Assembly (NCBI RefSeq): GCF_018350175.1
Contig: NC_058383.1
Coordinates: 28,832,001-28,896,000 of the forward strand
DNA: 64,000 bases
Origin: Felis catus
Lineage: Eukaryota
Direction: 5' to 3'
In this document: one piece after another, positions 59,392 through 64,000 of the stretch
How the letters are laid out: each line of letters begins with the position of its first letter
Numbering within the stretch: the first letter of the stretch is position 1
Notes under the pieces: model-generated
Seen by the model: the letters and a program-made list of their open reading frames with translations, nothing else
Database searches by the model: none
What the model was told of the DNA's origin: nothing
Made by a program: the position numbers and the translations under genes

Positions 59392-60749
59392 GGGATGCAT
59401 TTGTGGCTCAGTCAGATAAGTGTCTGGCTCTTGATTTTGGCTCAGGTCATGATCTCACGGTTTGTGGGATCGAGTCTCCTGTTGACTCTGTGCTGACAGC
59501 ATGGAGCCTGCTTGAGATTCTCTCTCTCCCTCTCTCTCTACCCCTCCCCTACCTGCGCACACGCTCTCTCTCAAAATAAGTAATAAACTTAAAAAAAAGA
59601 TGTGCTATATAAAAATGATGGCTCCAGTACGTCATAAAATATTTTTCAGGCAATAAAATTCCTGTTCATAATAACTTTTAGTGACATGGGAAAAACTTCT
59701 AAATAAAAAGAAAACAAGCCATGTATAAAATATGCTATCAGTTAGATAAATATAAAATATCAACTATAAGGACACCTGGCCAGCTCAGTCGGTAGAACAT
59801 GCAACTCTTGATCTCAACGTTGTGAGTTCAAGCCCTATGTTGGGCATAAAGCCTACTTAAAATAATAAATAAAAATAAAAATAAAAAGCTTTAGGGCACA
59901 TGAGTGGTTCACTGGGTTAAGCATCGGACTTTAGCTCAGGTCATGATCTCATGGTTTGTGAGTTTAAGCCCTGCATCAGGTGAGCTCAAGCCCCACTTCT
60001 GGTGAACTCGAGCCCTACCTTGGGTAAGCCCCGCTTCTCTCTCTCCCACTTTGCACCACATAGGATTCTCTTTTTCTCTCTCTCTCTGCCCCTTGCTCAC
60101 TTGCACCCTGCCCCCACTCTCTAAAAACATAATAAAAATAATAAATTAAATATATATATATATATATAATATATTGTTTGTATTAACACATACACACAAC
60201 ATACATAAAAAACTAAGACCCTCCAATTTTGAAAGAAATGGTTAATGCTGATTAAGACTCAACACAAGAGGGGCGCCTGGGTGGCTGTCAGTTAAGCATC
60301 TGACTTTGGCTCAGGTCATGATCTCACAGTTCACGGGTGCAAGCCCTGCAATGGGCTCTGTGCTGATAGCTCTAAGCCTGGAGCCTGAAGCCTGCTTCGG
60401 ATTCTGTGTCACCCTCTCTCTCTGTCCCTCCCCTGTTCACACGCTCTCACTCAAAAATAAACATTAAAAGTTAAAAAAAAGTAAAGACTCCACCCGAGAA
60501 AGGGACATACAAATACACAAAAGCAATGCGTTATAACCATAACAGTAGACTGTTAATAGACAGTACTGTGCTTACAGTAATAATGAGCAAGTGAGGGAGG
60601 GGCAGAGAGAGGGAGACACAGAATCCGAGGCAGGCTCCAGGCTCTGAGCTGTTGGCACAGAGCCCAAAGGGGGCTCGAACCCACAGACCACAAGATCATG
60701 ACCTGAGCTGAAGTCAAACACCCAACCGACTGAGCCACCCAAGTGCCCC
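59392..60749. mobile_element. Cluster of five Can-SINEs (59392-59598 +, 59769-59887 +, 59893-60148 +, 60269-60480 +, 60588-60749 -)
   Basis: Repeated tcaggtcatgatctc cores with heads and A-tails. Confidence 0.85.
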
Positions 60750-61028
60750 ACTTCTAGTGATAGATTTTTACAGACAATATTGTACCTACAGTGATAAACC
60801 ATCAACAGACAGGGCTGTACCTGCTGTTACAGACTGATACTGACAGGGAGTATCGTTCAGCAGGAAGACACCAGGCACCAGGCACGGTGCTCAATACCAC
60901 ACGTCTGCATCTTTTACTAATCCTAACAATGCTGATAAAGGACTCCTGGTATTCCCATTTTATAGTTGAGGAAGCAGAGACTAAGAGAAATGAATAAGCA
61001 ACCTGCCCATTCAAGAAGCTAATAAAGA

Positions 61029-61489
61029 GGGGCGCCTGGGTGGCTCAGTCAGTTAAGCGCCAGACTTCGGCTCAGGTCATGATCTCACGGTTTGTGGGTT
61101 TGAGCCCCGCGTCAGGCTCTGTGCTGACAGCTCAGAGCCTGGAGCCTGCTTCAGATTCTGTTCACCCCTCTGTCTGCCCCTCCCCTGCTCACGCACTTGT
61201 GTTATCTCTGTCTCTCAATAATAATAAATAAACATTAAAAAAAAATTTAAGGGGCGCCTGGGTGGCTCAGTCAGTTAAGCGCCAAACTTCGGCTCAGGTC
61301 ATGATCTCACGGTTTGTGGGTTCGAGCCCCGCGTCGGGCTCTGTGCTGACAGCTCAGAGCCTGGAGCCTGCTTCAGATTCTGTGTCTCCTCTGTGTCTCC
61401 CTCTCTCTCTGCCCCTCCCCTGCTTGTGCTCTATCTCTCTCAAAAAATAAACATTAAAAAAAAATAAAAAGTAAAAAAAATTTTTTAAA
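61029..61489 (+). mobile_element. Head-to-tail pair of Can-SINEs (61029-61250, 61251-61489)
   Basis: One outer TSD aagaagctaataaaga flanks both copies. Confidence 0.93.
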
Positions 61490-62459
61490 AAGAAGCTAAT
61501 AAAGAACCAGGTTCAAACCTGTCTGTCTGGGTCACAGCCTATGCTCCATCCCCTGTCCCACAATCCCTTGCTCCACTCAGGAGCTCACCACCTCTTCCCC
61601 ACCTTCATCCCACCACTGACTGCTTTCCATGTGCTATTTGTGATGAACTTCATTGAGACTATTTCCTCATGAAACCCCGAGTAAGCTGGCAGTAAAATAA
61701 CGTAAATCACAACTCGCTTGCACTATGGTAATTTCATATGTCCACCACCATTAAGGATAAGTTAATGGTGGCTCATCAAGGTCTGAGGTAGTGAAGACAA
61801 ACTAAGTTAGGTGCAAATAAAAATACATGAACTCTATCCTATCCCTGTTCCACCAAAAAAAAAAAAAAAAAAAAGTGCAACAAAATTATAAAGATAACAT
61901 TTAAAAAGCTCCATTTTTGAAAGTAACCTAGTCATAGTCTTTGGTGCTTTAGTACTGAACCATTATTAGAAGCAAATTGCTTCCAACACTCTCTGAACTA
62001 ACATAGACACACGGATGCATTTCTTAGTATGCCAAGACACCAAGAAGTGCTGGTAAAAAAATACAGCGGGACAAAGAAAATGGTCCCTGGAACCTACAGA
62101 AGAACACGAGGATAAGGGAAAGCTTGAGACAGCGCCACTTCTGCTGTCGGTCTCTGGTGGCTACATCCTCACAGAGGGACAAGCACGTATTCAGAAAACC
62201 CATAGTACAGCTATGGCTGGAGTAGATGGTAAGCAAGCCAACAGATAAATCTGGGAATCGAGGAGGGGCCAGATAAATGATGGAAGTCCTTGTAAGTCAG
62301 ATTTGTAACTAGGAAGATCTGCTGGAAAGGTGGGAAATGGAGTGAACCAACACCTATGTGCTTAGAGAGAACCAAGGAAAATTCCAGTAAAGAGGACACT
62401 TCAGCTGGATCTTAAAGAGTAGGAGTTTAGTAGGTAAAGCAGTAACAACAGTGAACACT

Positions 62460-62625
62460 AATACAGTAATCACCGTGCCAGGCACTATTCTAAGATTTTA
62501 ACACATACTAACTCATTTAATCCTTACGACCATTCCACGAGTACGTGACACCATTGGTTCCCATCTTACAGATGGGGGCACTGAGGCACGGGAAGTGCAG
62601 TAAATCTGCCCTCAGCCACAAAGCC
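62460..62625 (-). mobile_element. MIR fragment
   Basis: gtgccaggcactattctaag...aactcatttaatcct...cccatcttacagatgggggcactgaggcac. Confidence 0.75.
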
Positions 62626-63090
62626 AGCATGGGAGGGGAGGCCATGCAGCCAGAGCCCATGCTCAAATAGATAGCAAATAAAGCAGATACAGAGGACCTC
62701 TCCCAGCCACGAAGAAAAGGCACATGCAAAGAGATAAAGATGAAAAGTAATGCTCCACGTGAGTTGTAGAGATTACCTAAATTAATTACTTTAATTAAAT
62801 TTTAAAAAGCTGAAAAGAGACAAATTCATGGAATAAAGTAGTGAGGACTGAACACAGAAACAATGTCGCAGACCATGCTAAGAAGCTGGTTCTGTGTGAA
62901 AAAGGCATGAAGTTTTCTGGCAGGATGGTGCCCTATTTTAGAGATGCCTCAGGCTGCACTGTGGAGGGTAAAATTGGTGGGGGGTGGAGGTAGGGGTGAG
63001 GGGTAATGTGACATAGAGGAGAAGTGGTAAGCTAAAGGAATTAAGGGAAGAATCCAGACAAAAAAGCACCAACAATGCAAGAAGCCTTTA

Positions 63091-63307
63091 TTTTTTTTTT
63101 CAAAGTTTATTTTTTATTTTTGGGACAGAGAGAGACAGAGCATGAACGGGGGAGGGGCAGAGAGAGAGGGAGACACAGAATCGGAAACAGGCTCCAGGCT
63201 CTGAGCTGTCAGCCCAGAGCCCGACGCAGGGCTCGAACTCACAGACCGCGAGATCGTGACCTGGCTGAAGTCGGACGCTTAACCGACTGCGCCACCCAGG
63301 CGCCCCT
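63091..63307 (-). mobile_element. Young feline SINEC_Fc
   Basis: Near-consensus; perfect 19-bp TSD acaatgcaagaagccttta. Confidence 0.95.
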
Positions 63308-63780
63308 ACAATGCAAGAAGCCTTTAAGGATATTTTTTTTTTCCCAAAGGCCCTGGTAAATCAATGGATACAAGGGGTGAGAAAAACCCCAAGGTTCCTC
63401 GCTCAAGAATTAGGTAAGCAGTAAATCGGTTAAGCACATAAAGAAGGTTGCAGAGGAGTGGGTTTGGGAGACAGAAAATGCTAAGTTTGGGGCATCAGTA
63501 TTACTTATGGGCTGGCAGTTAAAAAACCAGTCTAGGGCCCACAAGAGCCATCTAAGCTCTAGATACAAATTTGGAAGTTATGAGGACAAAGGTAAATTCC
63601 AAAGCTTAAAGGGCCTAAGGAGATCACACAGGAAGAATCTTTAGAATGAGGAAAGGGTCAAGTTTGGAAACCTAATCAACACCAAATTTAAGAACCCATC
63701 ACAATAATGATTGGACAGAAGTGATAAGAAGACCGCAAGATCCTAGAAACCAAAGGAAATTTAAGAAGTGGGCAGCCGAA

Positions 63781-63985
63781 GGGGTCTGGGTGGCTCAGTC
63801 GGTTAGACATCCAACTCTTGATTTCAGCTTAGAGCATGAACATGCGGTTCGTGAGTTCGAGCCCCACACTGGCCTCCAAGCTGACAGTTCGGTCGGCCCG
63901 CTTGGGATTCTCTCCCTGCCCCCGCCCCAGCCTTCCCTCATTCTCTCTCTTTCAATATAAATAAATAAAACCTAACAACAACAAA
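63781..63985 (+). mobile_element. Can-SINE
   Basis: Head, CT linker, A-tail; flanks share aagtgggcagc. Confidence 0.88.
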
Positions 63986-64000
63986 AAAGTGGGCAGCTAA

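Noticed and set aside
61040..61450. Recurring ORFs of the type MAQSVK..TSAQVMISRF
   Set aside because: Translations of Can-SINE bodies, repeated throughout the window
59000..64000. RRN3 5' exons and promoter
   Set aside because: No matching peptide or CpG island found; presumed beyond the window end
1..64000. CRISPR arrays, operons or other prokaryotic systems
   Set aside because: Sequence is mammalian with spliceosomal introns; no repeat-spacer structure

Overview
Eukaryotic (mammalian) genomic DNA, almost certainly from a felid, judged by the dense carnivore tRNA-derived Can-SINEs including young SINEC_Fc-type copies. The window holds the conserved PDXDC1-NTAN1-RRN3 cluster. PDXDC1 (+): last 12 coding exons and 3' UTR (350-19383, polyA signal 20831). 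NTAN1 (-): complete, 10 exons, 34359-21572, 933 nt = 310 aa, CpG-island promoter with two ZNF143/THAP11-type motifs. RRN3/TIF-IA (-): last 15 coding exons (58935-37791); its 5' exons lie beyond the window. All exon boundaries were read by hand, are GT-AG and are phase-consistent. Introns carry about 35 SINEs plus L1, L2, MIR and hAT (MER3/MER20/MER58) fossils. The most unexpected element is a ~450-bp decayed antisense copy of POLR2A (RPB1 linker plus first CTD heptads) in a PDXDC1 intron, truncated at both ends, with no poly-A or TSD. Also notable: a 24-copy 9-mer purine/pyrimidine tract in an unexplained GC-rich island, a phase-compatible RRN3-to-NTAN1 read-through geometry, recursive-splice-like exon starts, and an apparent 7-aa deletion in the RRN3 C-terminus. 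I found no convincing wholly new biological system. Gene identities rest on recalled mammalian protein sequences, not on database searches.
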